Assembly: GCA_964016885.1 (NCBI GenBank)
Contig: OZ024740.1
Coordinates: 373,550,001-373,614,000, forward strand
Source: Eledone cirrhosa
Lineage: Eukaryota
Length of the DNA stretch: 64,000 bases
Direction of reading: 5' to 3'
The translations under genes and the position numbers were made by a program. The notes under the pieces were generated by a model, which was given only the letters and a program-made list of their open reading frames with translations, was not told the origin of the DNA and searched no databases. This document shows positions 13,050 to 24,982 of the stretch, one piece after another; position 1 is the stretch's first letter; the number at the start of each line of letters is the position of its first letter.

Positions 13050-15520
13050 TCTTGAGGTGTTTCTTTTCTATCTGTAAACAATAGGGCCTACACAGGTGTT
13101 TGGTTTTGAAATATACCCCTGTTTTTTTTTTATCTAAAAAAGTAAACTTTGTTCAGGAGAACAATTTCATCCACTGATGTGAACAGCATTTTTCCAAAAT
13201 ATTTAAAAGCAATATTTCAGAATACAATGACAGATGCAGCAGCAGCAACTACAATAGCATCAACATCAACAAAAATAACAATCGTAACTTTTTGCACCGG
13301 AAAGCTATGAAACGAAGTTTCCCCTATTTAAAATGTTCAAAACCGCCGTCACCATAATAAGAATCACAAACTAAAATGAATAAAATGAATACAACAGATA
13401 TCTGCAATATCAATTGTACGAACACTGTTACCATCACTACCACTAGAAACACAATTATCACCACCACAACGACCACTGCACCAGCAAAATATAACTGAAG
13501 AAAAAAAAATAGGTGTAACAGACTACGACAGCACAAATTACAATAATTGTTTCTACTGTTGGCACAAGGCCTGTAATTATATCAGTATGTTACTGTTACT
13601 TTATTTTGTAATGTTGAAAGGCAAAGTTAACCTTGGCGGGATTTGAACTCAGAACGTAAAAGGAGGTAATTATGTCGTAACACATGGTGTCCGGTCCTCT
13701 ACCAATACTGCCAAATGACAATAATAACAGAACATTTGCAACAATGCATTCCATAGAAAAAAAAGTGGTTTAAATGAGAACATCAGAAGAGGACACAAGT
13801 TTGATACAAGCGGCCAAACAGACTAAACTAAAAAACTATGGGCTGACATAACCATCATGATCTTGGCGAAATCACAGAAAAACATTTATATGTAAATATG
13901 CGTCCTCAAACATGAGACAGCTGAAGCCAGCGACTTATACCTACATAGAATGAGAACTAGAAGTGATAATTCCCGACAGAAAATACATCCGCAGATACTG
14001 TAAAACGCCCTCGTCAAAACGAGACAAAAAAAGTGGAAAAGAAACTGGTCGGGGATAAATGCGTAGGTGCTTATCCACATAAAATCAGATATGATGCACA
14101 AGATCGCAGATCTCACTTGCCTTCCTGGAGTTACATGTTACGATTAAGGGCAAATCACTTCATTACCAATTGTGTAAGGAACTTAGCTCCACCCGAGCTC
14201 TCAGCCCTCAACAGAAAGCAGATAACCGCAGTACCCTCGTATTACCAACACCAGGACATCAATTTCCAGAAAAAACTACACCAGCAATGAACAACAATGA
14301 ACATCAACAACTGCGGTAAAAGCAGCAAAATCTACAAATATGACAGCAACACATATGCCAGCTAAAAATACATGCACACACACACACAAATACACACGCA
14401 CATAAACACACACACACACTCTCACAATTGCAGACACACACCCATCTACATCTAAGACAGATTCCGCAGACAACGAGTCCTAATCATCCTGAAGTGAAGA
14501 GGATTACATACCCCAGAAGCAAAAAAAAAAATGAAAGAATATACAGAAAAACATATTGCCCAATACACATACACACGCCAGAAAATACATCAAATCCAGA
14601 TATATTTACAACAAAACGAACTCCGACAATCCCAATCGTCAACACAGACATGCCTAACGATACCACCACCAAAACAACCACAACCACAATTCCCACAGAA
14701 AGAAAACACACAAACAATAATAACCAGCCACACAAATACCAGACATCGTGCTATGGTGGAGGGTGAATGGTGAATTTGATGGCTGTCACAAAATGGTATT
14801 AGATATAAAAGATAAATCGTTGATACCAGTACGTTTAAAGTGCCACACACAATTATGGAGGTGCGCATCATTATTGGGATAAATGAAAACACATTGGGGA
14901 GAGATTTACAAACAAAGTAGAAACACCTACTGTAAAGTAACCCACCGATCAATATAGGATGGGCAAGAAGCCTCGATAATGTTTGCAAATTCGTTTGGCC
15001 AGCATGGCAATTCTTAGAGTAGGTTGCATACATATACGTAGACTACGATCATCCTTAAAGCAAAGTCACTAGCTCAACAATTTCATGTCATTAGCTACAG
15101 ATATGAGAGTCATCCGTGACACAATTCTTTGCGTCGTGCTGGCTCGCCCCATATTTGGACGACATTTTTAGCTACGCATCTCTTAGTTCGTCGGAAATTG
15201 GAAACGAGGTGACAGTGCTGTTTAGAAAAGGCTTTGATCTCGAGAATACGGGCGATCTTCCTTGACCGGCACGGTAATTTGATAGGGGTCATCTCTATGC
15301 TGACTAAGGTAGAACGAGCAGATTTCTCCAGGGCTCTGTAATCCTTTCAAGGAATGTCTTACGGTTTACCCTTAGTGATGGACTGGAACAGGATATTAGA
15401 CACACTGGAAGTGTGGGGAGGTAGCTGAGAAAAGTGATGGGAAGCAAAATCTTTAATAACATGTTCAGATGATTGTAACTCTCTGACAGGTACTGTTTAG
15501 CCAAATGATAGGGTCGTATA
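13050..15520 (+). mobile_element. Old Tx1 LINE 5' portion (decayed ORF1 and start of the APE domain)
   Basis: CCAGCATGGCAATTCTTAGAGTAGGTTGC at ~14999 aligns with the ORF2 start MAIRVGSLNVRGL; 13760-14200 resembles ORF1 (RGHKFDT vs RGRQYGT; NWSGINA vs DWSGVDL). Confidence 0.65.
13542..13715 (-). mobile_element. SINE family A nested in the old Tx1
   Basis: AATTGTTTCTACTGTTGGCACAAGGCC...GGGATTTGAACTCAG...ATACTGCCAA. Confidence 0.85.
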
Positions 15521-15540
15521 TATATATATATACAATACAA

Positions 15541-16098
15541 CCTGTCTCATGGTCGGATCGTTGGCGACTAAACTGGCAACCCCACCAAAGTTTCTTGGTG
15601 AGGAGGATGACTTTGGGCATCCTGCAAGACTAAAAACAAAACCTGTCAAAGAGCAAAGGAGATCTTAAGAGTCAATGGCCGTCCACAATCACCGGAGAGA
15701 TGACCCCTTTAGCCTTTGTCAAGGCAGAATTCTAGGAGAAGTAAAACTCTGATATAACACCTGCGAACATGATGGTATCCAATGATGACTTGTTCTTCTT
15801 TTTGGTGAATATCATCTTGGTTAAGAGAGAGGGACTGGCTTTGTGCAGTGCCTTTGCTCACTATAAAAGCTTCACGGCACAGGCATTGCTTTATATCTGG
15901 AGATCTCTCGGCACTTGTCATCACATAGTACCATGGGCCCAGCACTATGTGTCAATAATTGTCACATAGTGTAGTGTTTGTACCAGACTTTTCAAGTCAC
16001 TGGCTGGACTAAAAAGTCACACTCGTTCAACGCATCGGTAGGGGTTCTCCTACATGGATATAAAGCAGTGGCCTTACTCGAAAACGCGTTGGCAGCCA

Positions 16099-16100
<2 letters not shown>
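15541..16100 (+). mobile_element. Probable RTE-clade 5' UTR-derived non-autonomous element between (TA)n tracts
   Basis: GGCAGAATTCTAGGAGAAGTAAAACTCTGAT resembles RTE 5' UTR motifs; GC-richer block bounded by TA repeats. Confidence 0.35.
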
Positions 16101-16165
<65 letters not shown>

Positions 16166-16179
16166 CATGATTTATGTGC

Positions 16180-18800
16180 AACGTCCAAAATTTGGTTATG
16201 AATGCCTTATGTAATACAAAGACAAAATAATGGTAAATGTGTACACAAAGGACATCTCTGAAGGATGACAATCAACTGTATTCATAGATACAATGAGACT
16301 AATGAAAACTGATTAGATATCCCGAGTAGAAAATAGTCTCGAAATTCATCCATCATCGTCAGAAGCCGAAAAACAAGCTACATTAATGTGCTCTAAAAGT
16401 AGACGTAACCTGAAAATAAGAATCCAAAATAAAACACTATATATGTAGTAATTAGTGTTTTGGGGTGTAATCAATGACATACGGTAATGACCGATTAATA
16501 ACCAAGCTGCAGCTAAGTAATATAAACAATATAGAAAAAGTAGTATTACTATGTACATCACTTGAATTGATTTTAATAATTTCAAATGTACACAGAGCTC
16601 AAATTATTTTCCAGTAAATAGTTCATAATAGAATATATTAAACGTAGTAAATATTATTATAATGTTAATGTTGTAATAAAATACAGGGAATAATATGTAT
16701 CATTACTAATAAAGGTACAACATCAGACATTTGGGGAAATTGTTATTCGATCAAATCATTCCAGTACGTGAGATGAGTTATATTCCACATATCTCAGCTC
16801 AAAATATGACATCGGTGGAATTGTACCCACAAAGAATAATTCGGAATTATACTGCGAGGAAATATGGTCAAGGCTCTAAAATCACTTCAAAACCACTGCA
16901 CTTAGAACGTGTCAAAATAAGGAAGAAACTAGATACCAAGTAACTATCTTTAATATATATGCACGCTTGTTAATGGATACATTCATTGCTTGTTTTCATA
17001 GTATTCTTGGTATCTTAAACTCTTTTTTTTTACTTCACAATATCTGTGAAAACCTATTTGCTCTTTTAATCGATATTTCTTTCATTTTATTCAGAATGTT
17101 TTGCCCATACACAATCATAACCATTTACATAAATACTACGTGAAGAAGAACACATGAAAAAACCAACAACATCTAATAATGATATACCTAGAACATTTCT
17201 TAAATTGCTTATAGTTTCACATGGAATTTTACTTTATACAACCTGTAATTAACATACTCGATCTGGAAAGAATAAATTAATCTTAACTGACACGGCGAAT
17301 AATAATTGAGTAGATTTACTATATACCTAGCGTGTAATTACTTAGAAGTTAACTACATATTAACCAACTAAAATGACACGCTGCAATAACTTTTGATTCA
17401 GTAATAGCCCAGTGATAATGCACTCAGTCAAAACTGATTGATTAATTCATGAAATCGGAAGATATAAAAGTAGAATTGCAATGACAGATTTGTAGAGCAA
17501 ATTGTCATAAAATACAAATATTTCTCACGAATTCAAGAATTTATAAGTGGATTATATAACTGTTTAAAAGAAACGATAACATGGTTACAAAATAAATGTA
17601 AAATTGGCAATATATCAGTTACACACGTCCATACTCTGTGCAAAAATCAAAAATGAAATGGGGACATATATGTCGAAAATTTGTTTCTGTGACAAGAACA
17701 GAAGTTAGACCCACGTTAGCGAGCTGGGAGAAATATCATCCTTATGTTTCGCGTAGCAAAATAAAACAATATAATGAAGAAAAGTAATGTTAAAACTAAT
17801 TTTTACCGGTGCATTTAAATTGCACAAAACCAAATAGTTTCAAGATTTAGTATTTTGCAAAATATATAAATTTATACTTGTGATTGCTTGGTTCTCACAT
17901 TGCGGAAACGGAATTATACATGGAATTGTTTCTGTCTTTTTTTTTACACAAACGTTTGAATGTCATACAGGACACAGAATATATGAACACACTACAAGAG
18001 ACATAAGGACTACGTTCTTAATGGAATTGACTTGCCAATAGATAGCAATTTAGTTAACATATTTTATCATATCATCAACGATATCATCTACATATGAATA
18101 CTGCAGGAAAATATTATTGTGGTCAGAAGATTTAATAACAGAAATTGAACTTAGGTTGTTAGGAAATGGTAACAAGTCAATATTACTTGGCATTTAATTT
18201 ACTTTCAACTACAGAAGTTAATATTAAAAGTTACATTACAGAAATTCATGAATTATAAAAATTATTAATAATTCAATGTAAAGTTATTGATTACGGGGAA
18301 AATTATCTGAAGTTGATCCTCATAGATTTGAGCGATAAATATACATGTCATGAGTATTTACAGATGATATTTCAAGAACAGTAACTACAGATGTTGAAGA
18401 GAAGCTGTATAATTATATTTGAATGAATAATACTCACATACAATCAAATAATTCATTCAAATACCAATGGAATTCAAAACAATAAGCATATTTAATATCA
18501 GAAAGAGGAATATAGATGATCAGTAAAGACACCGTTTATTGATAATTTCGCAGATTTTCAATTCATTGCTAACGTTCTATCTAATACATAATGTTCCTTA
18601 ATCTAACATATAACATATGACCATTCTGACATCCAAAGTAATTACTAACGTAAACCTGGTGTTCATGTATTTCTCATCGATATAGTGCGGGAAAATTTGG
18701 TTCAATCGTATATATACTGTCCTGCATATATAAATACTGCGTTTCTCTGATTTCCCCTTAAACAATTTTCTAAATATTTCTATTTATCCATCGGTTTAGA
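16180..18800 (+). mobile_element. Possible highly decayed Gypsy LTR element with a downstream env-like region
   Basis: Stop-ridden, frameshifted translation at 17095-17385 (FAHT/IITIY..PRTF..LLYT*RV..HINQLK) resembles a Gypsy integrase C-terminus; Cys-containing frames follow. Confidence 0.3.
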
Positions 18801-19618
18801 TTAGAGGATATGTCTGGTTTGGCTTGTATACAATATTACACTAAATTAGTGATCATTTAAAATAGGTCTAGCCATTTGTTATTACAGCTTATAGTCAATA
18901 ATGTTAAGCACATCTGCAGTGAAACATTTTCAATAACCTGGTCAAATTCCGATGAATGTTGAATTTTCATTCTTTCACGTGAAATTTACTTAGTAGCGGT
19001 AATATGATAACATTTGTTAACTTATTCTCAATATTTTCGCAGTGGCATTTTACTTAACTCACAAATTGACTGGTTATCAAATAAAAAAAAACCTCAGTAA
19101 TAATTTACACTCGCATTTCAAGATAGAGCTATAGGGATTAATACATTTCAGTAATATATAGTTATATTTAATGGTAAGAAATATATACATACATGCAGTA
19201 GTTAAGTATCGGTAGCAGTAGTAATAGTGTTACATATTTCTGATAATTGTATTGTTATTAAGGATAATATGAGGCATACATACCAATCTAATTATTCCAA
19301 TGAAAGCCAACATTTTAGTATTATTGAAATAATTACCATTAAGTTTGCATGTATTATCAGTTCGAGGTCTTTCAAAATGTCTGCTGCAAATGAAACACAT
19401 ACGTATTTCTATATTGATAAGAATATTTAATCACATTAAATTCATCATTATGTTACAAAATTGAAATTGAACGAAACATGTCCTACCATTAATTGTATCT
19501 AAAATAAGATGTGCGATAATTAATTAGTCTTGATAATCTTAATATTTCTGTGCGTATTCTCGTATTCTGTGTCACCATGTCACCTTGATTCAGGAGTATG
19601 GAACGTAACTTGCGTTGC

Positions 19619-19696
<78 letters not shown>

Positions 19697-19699
<3 letters not shown>

Positions 19700-19910
19700 T
19701 TAAGTATGTTTCTTGAAACGGTGAGCAGATTTGAAATTAGAAAATAGAATAGCTTTCACCGTATTTTTGACTAAATAAATTTTAGCCTCATAATGGGGTT
19801 TAGAACCCTCAGATAAATGGAAAAAAGATGAGTATTGACGTACCTGGGATTCGAACCCACATCTTTGGTTATCGCGACCACTGTGCTACCATTACACCAA
19901 CACATCACCC
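19697..19910 (-). mobile_element. tRNA-headed element in (TA)n
   Basis: Reverse complement GATGTGTTGGTGTAATGGTAGCAC..TGGGTTCGAATCCCAGGTACGTCA folds as a cloverleaf, followed by T6 and a body. Confidence 0.6.
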
Positions 19911-19965
19911 ATACATATATATATATATATATATGGTTTCAAATTGCGTTTCTGTATTCCATATA

Positions 19966-20185
<220 letters not shown>

Positions 20186-20196
20186 TATAAATATAT

Positions 20197-20386
20197 AAAG
20201 GAATTGTGTAAAGGAACCAGATGGACCATAACACACCATAGTACTCAATATATAGGGTAGTAGAGTGGGAAATAGGAAAAGTATGACCCCGACGGCAGAG
20301 CTGAAGCCGTTTCGACGGCTATTTTGGGACTAGAAATAGCCGTCGAAACGGCTTGAACTCTGCCGTTGGGGTCATAATGTTTCCTA
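20197..20386 (-). mobile_element. Second copy of the palindromic (TA)n-embedded element
   Basis: Tail 20197-20272 is homologous to 5619-5698; palindrome spans 20273-20386. Confidence 0.75.
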
Positions 20387-21168
20387 TATATATATATATA
20401 TACATATATACATATATATATATATATCGATCTGTGTGTGTATTTTCGACTTTGTGTACAAGAGTATATATATGATTTATAATCATAGAATCATGTGTGT
20501 TCAATACGATCTTAAATTGTTCGTATCGAAATATTTCATAATTACCATTCCTTTCTCTTGTGGGAAATAATGGAATTTCCACAGACATACATGACATACA
20601 TGAAGACATGATGGTACAGATCACATGGCACGAATAATTAATCTTATTTTACTTTTAGATCAGTAGATTGTGTGTAGTTAAATAGAATCCTGGTATTTCG
20701 TGATTTAATTTGTGATGGAAAATTGAATTAAATAAATTTTAATTTTCATTAATTATTCCACTTCATAATAGTTTCATATCGATACCACTACAACAAATTC
20801 CCCGGGTGGGAATGAATTGCAAATGTGTTATTTTCAGTAGAAATGACAATAAAAGTTATTGAGATACTGCAGATATCACTTTAGTGAGTAGTAAGGATTT
20901 GTATTACCGCGGAATACATCTGACCATGAAATTAGTTGTTCAATTTGCACAATAATAAAGCCACAAGGAAGAGTAGTGAAGTTTTTGATAGGACTAACTC
21001 TAGCGAAAACGTAAAATAAGACGATTTAATAAGGCTGTGTTTGTAACGTGATGCCACTTTGCACGACGGAACATGCTAAGAGCAGAATAGTCAAGAACAA
21101 GTCTCTCAAAGAAATTAGAGTTTTAGCTAATATGAAATTTTAACTCACATTGCTGAGATCAAATTATA

Positions 21169-21205
21169 TTATTACTACTGCTACTACTACTACTACTACT
21201 ACTAT

Positions 21206-21264
<59 letters not shown>

Positions 21265-21275
21265 ATAATAATAAT
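21169..21275. repeat. (ACT)n/(AAT)n tract at the LINE 3' end
   Basis: Direct inspection. Confidence 0.95.
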
Positions 21276-21534
21276 GATTTCATTTATTGGCCACAAGGGC
21301 CGACATATAGGGGACAACACAATAGACAGGGACAGTGGGGGTTTACATAGAGATCGAGTAAGTATAAATAACAAAAAAACAAAAACAAAATAACAATAAA
21401 AATACAACAATGAAAGTTCCCCAATAAGAGGGATCACCACCCAGGGTTGACTCAAGCACCCCACCAGTCCTGAGCCACCCGACGCTCCTAGGGCACCCGG
21501 GAAGGGCACCCCTCTCCTTCTCGAATTCACCAGC

Positions 21535-24500
21535 CTACAGGCGCATGATCAGAGTAGGCCCACTCACGCGGGCCATTCTCGCCACATTCACCCACCTTTC
21601 AGTAAATGTACTGGGGGGCAGCACTTCTCTCTCCACCCTCACCTTCCTTTCCAAGTGAAACTTGAAGAAGTTGATGAGGGATTGGCCGAAGAGAAAAGTG
21701 TCTGTCTTCAGTCCTTTCAACCTGGTCCACCATGCAAACTCTTTCGCTACTGCCACCAGGCAGAGGAAAATTGCCTGCCCTTCCTGACCAAAAGAAGGCG
21801 GCGGGTCAATCTTCACTATGGACTCGGACGATAGCCGGATCCGTTCTACACGCGACAATAGCTGTTCGACATAACCCCACAAGTCAGCAATGCACGAACA
21901 CTGGACGAGTGCGTGCAGAACGGTTTCGTCGCTCTGCGCGCATCTCGGGCAGGTTCGTCTGACAGCACTTCCGTGCCTGTAGAGTTTATCCCGAACCAGC
22001 AGCGCCCCCCGGTAGCACTGCCAAGCGAGGGATTTCTGGAAGTTATCCATCGTCCCCGGCTCGAAAGTCCTCCGGAACATACTGGTCAGTTCTACTTCGT
22101 TGACGCCCAGAGCCTCTCCTAGTACGTCATCGCACTTGCCCTCCACTAATCCTCTATAGAAATCTTGAGTGGAAGTTCCACTGACCGCATTGCCCACCTT
22201 GCAGAGTGCAGTGAGCGCCTGGCAACATTCCAGATGCCAGTCGCCCAGTCTCGGTCTCTTCTTGACCCAGGACTGCAGCTCAGTCAAAGAGATGAGCTGC
22301 GGAAAGGCCCGTCTAACAAACGGCGACCACACCTGTTCACCGTTTAGGCAAAATATCTGGAGATGTCGCAGCCTCAGCGCATGTCTGCGCATCATTAGCC
22401 ACGGCATGCCCAGCCCTCCACGAAGAGGGTGCTGGCAGCAGATGGACCGCCTCACCAACGGGACCCGTCCCCTCCACAAAAATTTGAAAAGGAGCCGTTC
22501 CAAATTGGCGAGGCGTGGACGGGGGCAAGGCACGACGGTCAGGCGGTAGTAGATGACGGACGCGATGTACGCGTTCGCCACCTCCGCCCGCCCTTTCAGT
22601 GATAGCTTTCTCTCAGCCCATTTCTGGGTGAGGTTGGCTATCCTGCTCGTCACCTCGTCCCAATTCTTATCCACCTGGAGGTCTGGTCCGAACCAAACCC
22701 CGAGCAACTTTACCGGTCCGTCTGTCCAGCGCCCAACGACGCTGTTGGACGGCATGGACTTGCCTCTCCAGGTGCCGAGCTGCAAGCCCACCGACTTTTC
22801 CGGGTTAAGTTTTGCTCCCGTCAACCTTTCATATTCCTCCAAATGGGTGCGGATCACCTCGATTTCCGAGGTGTCCGACACCATCACGGTGATGTCGTCC
22901 GCATAAGCGGACGCAGCCTTTCTACGTCCCGGTTCGAGCGGGATGCCCTGCAACAACTCCAGCTTCCGCAGTAGAGGCTCAAGAGTCAATACGTACAGAA
23001 GTGAGGAGAGAGGGCACCCTTGACGGACCGATCGAGAGATCTGAAACGGTTCCGAGAGGTGGCCATTAACTTTGACCACCGAGCGGATGCCGCTGTACAT
23101 TGCAGCGATCCAGCTTCTGAAGACGGGGCCGAAGCCAGCCGCCTCGAGGACAGCCTCCAAGTACCGATGGTCGACCCTATCGAATGCTTTCGATTGATCT
23201 AAATTGATCAGAGCCCCACCGAAGCCAGGTTTGCACCCAACCCTCTCTATGATGTATCGCATGAGGTGGAGGTTGTCGTGTATGGACCTGGTCGGGATTG
23301 CGCAAGTTTGCGCCTCCCCAACCAAATCTTTGACGACAAGCGCCAACCTTTTCGCTAACACCTTGGCCAAAATCTTAAACTCTGTGTTGAGCAGGGTTAT
23401 GGGCCTGAAATTATCTAGTGTGTCCCTCTTGTTCTCGTCTTTCCTTATCAGCGTCACTACGCCACGGCTCACAGAACTGGGAATGCTCCCGTTCTGCTGC
23501 CAGTTGCAGTAGAGCGCTTCGAGGAGATCGGAGAACAAGTCTGGCATATTTACGTAAAGCTCGTAGGGCAGACCACCAAACCGGGTGACTTGCGACTCGA
23601 GCAGCCGACAAGGGCGTCCTGAATTTCGGCTGATGTTATCGGCTCTTCGCAGCGCTCAGCGTCGGCCGTCGAGAGGCGTGGCAAGCCGTCGAGGTAGGGA
23701 CTGAAGTCCGCCGCCGTCTCCGACTCACCCATCCTCCCGAACAATCGAGCAAAGTGCTGGCGAAAGGCCTCACACATCTGCTTGGAATCGCTCAGTTCGT
23801 GTCCATCTCGATCCGTCAAAGACCGAATTGTGGTTTTATTTCCACGCTGCGTCTCTGCAAAGCGAGCCCATCGGGCAGCTTTGGTTCCCTCGTTCCTCAG
23901 AGCACGCGCCTTAGCTCTGACAATGCAACCTTCGTGTTTCGCATTGAAGAAATGGTCTAGTGCCATTCTCGCCGCTAGCACGTCTGTTGCAATGCCACTA
24001 CAAATAGCCTCGTCTAACTTAGCTATCAGCCCCTCCTCTTTTCTATTTTTCTCTATTGCTACTTCTTTGCTAAATCCTATCGAGGTTGCTCTAATCTCTC
24101 TTTTGAGTGCCCCCCACCACCTGTTGTTGACAACCCCCCCTGTCAACTTTTGCTTAACTAAGTTGTTGACCCGGTCCCTGTAAGCTTTACGTGCCGGAAA
24201 CGACATGTTTAGCTTCCAGTAGCTAGGTCCTAACCTACGTGTCTTATCTAGGTCGACCATACAGATCACAAGCTTGTGATCTGAATAGGCAACCGTTTTA
24301 AAATGTGGACATCCTACACTATTTCTATCTCTTTTCCTAATGAAAATCCTATCTATGTACGATCTAGATGACCCTATGCGATTGGTCCAGGTCCATACTG
24401 GCGCATTAGGGAAATCTAGTCGGTACCTGTCAGACAGTTGAAACTGGCTGATCAGGTACTTGAGGCTTTTGCACCCCCCGCTCCTATCAGATACTCCCAC

Positions 24501-24953
24501 ACAATCCCAGCGTGCTTCTAAGATGCCATTCCAATCCCCTAATAACAGTAAAGGGCGAGACGTAAGCAGAAAGTTTTCCAGGCGCCTAAAGAAGTCCGGC
24601 CGACCGGCCCCAGTAGGGGCGTAGACGGCCACCAGTCTAAAGGCACCACCTTCGCTATTGCTCACGTCCAGGACCACCAACTTTCCGTCAGGATCCCGGA
24701 AGATTGACCTTACCTCGAGATCCAGACATTTCCTAAACAGCACAGCCACTCCACCTCCCATTCCCGGCCGACTAACAGATGCAAAGATCTGATAATCGTC
24801 GAAAATCGGCGCCAGTGCGCGTGTGTCGGAAATTCTGGTCTCGCTGATGGCAATTACATCCATTCCTAGTGACCTGAGGTCGTTGAGCAAGTGACCTTGC
24901 TTCCAGGGCGACCCCAGGCCACGAACATTTAAACTTCCTACTCTTATGGCCAT
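21535..24953 (-). CDS. LINE ORF2: APE endonuclease, reverse transcriptase, zf-RVT; one frameshift near 23575
   Basis: SLNVRGL, ISET, GDWN, YIDRIF, SDH; FRPITLLN, DQSKAFDRV, VRQGCPLS, YADD; CPRC..ETVLHALVQC; KSPGL(D)GLPYELY lacks one base. Confidence 0.95.
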
Positions 24954-24982
24954 GCTGGCAGGATGAATGGGAGAGGAAAGGT

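Noticed and set aside
19836-19907. Functional tRNA gene (anticodon CGA)
   Set aside because: Many G-U pairs in the acceptor stem, non-canonical anticodon loop, no Ser-type long variable arm; treated as a SINE head.
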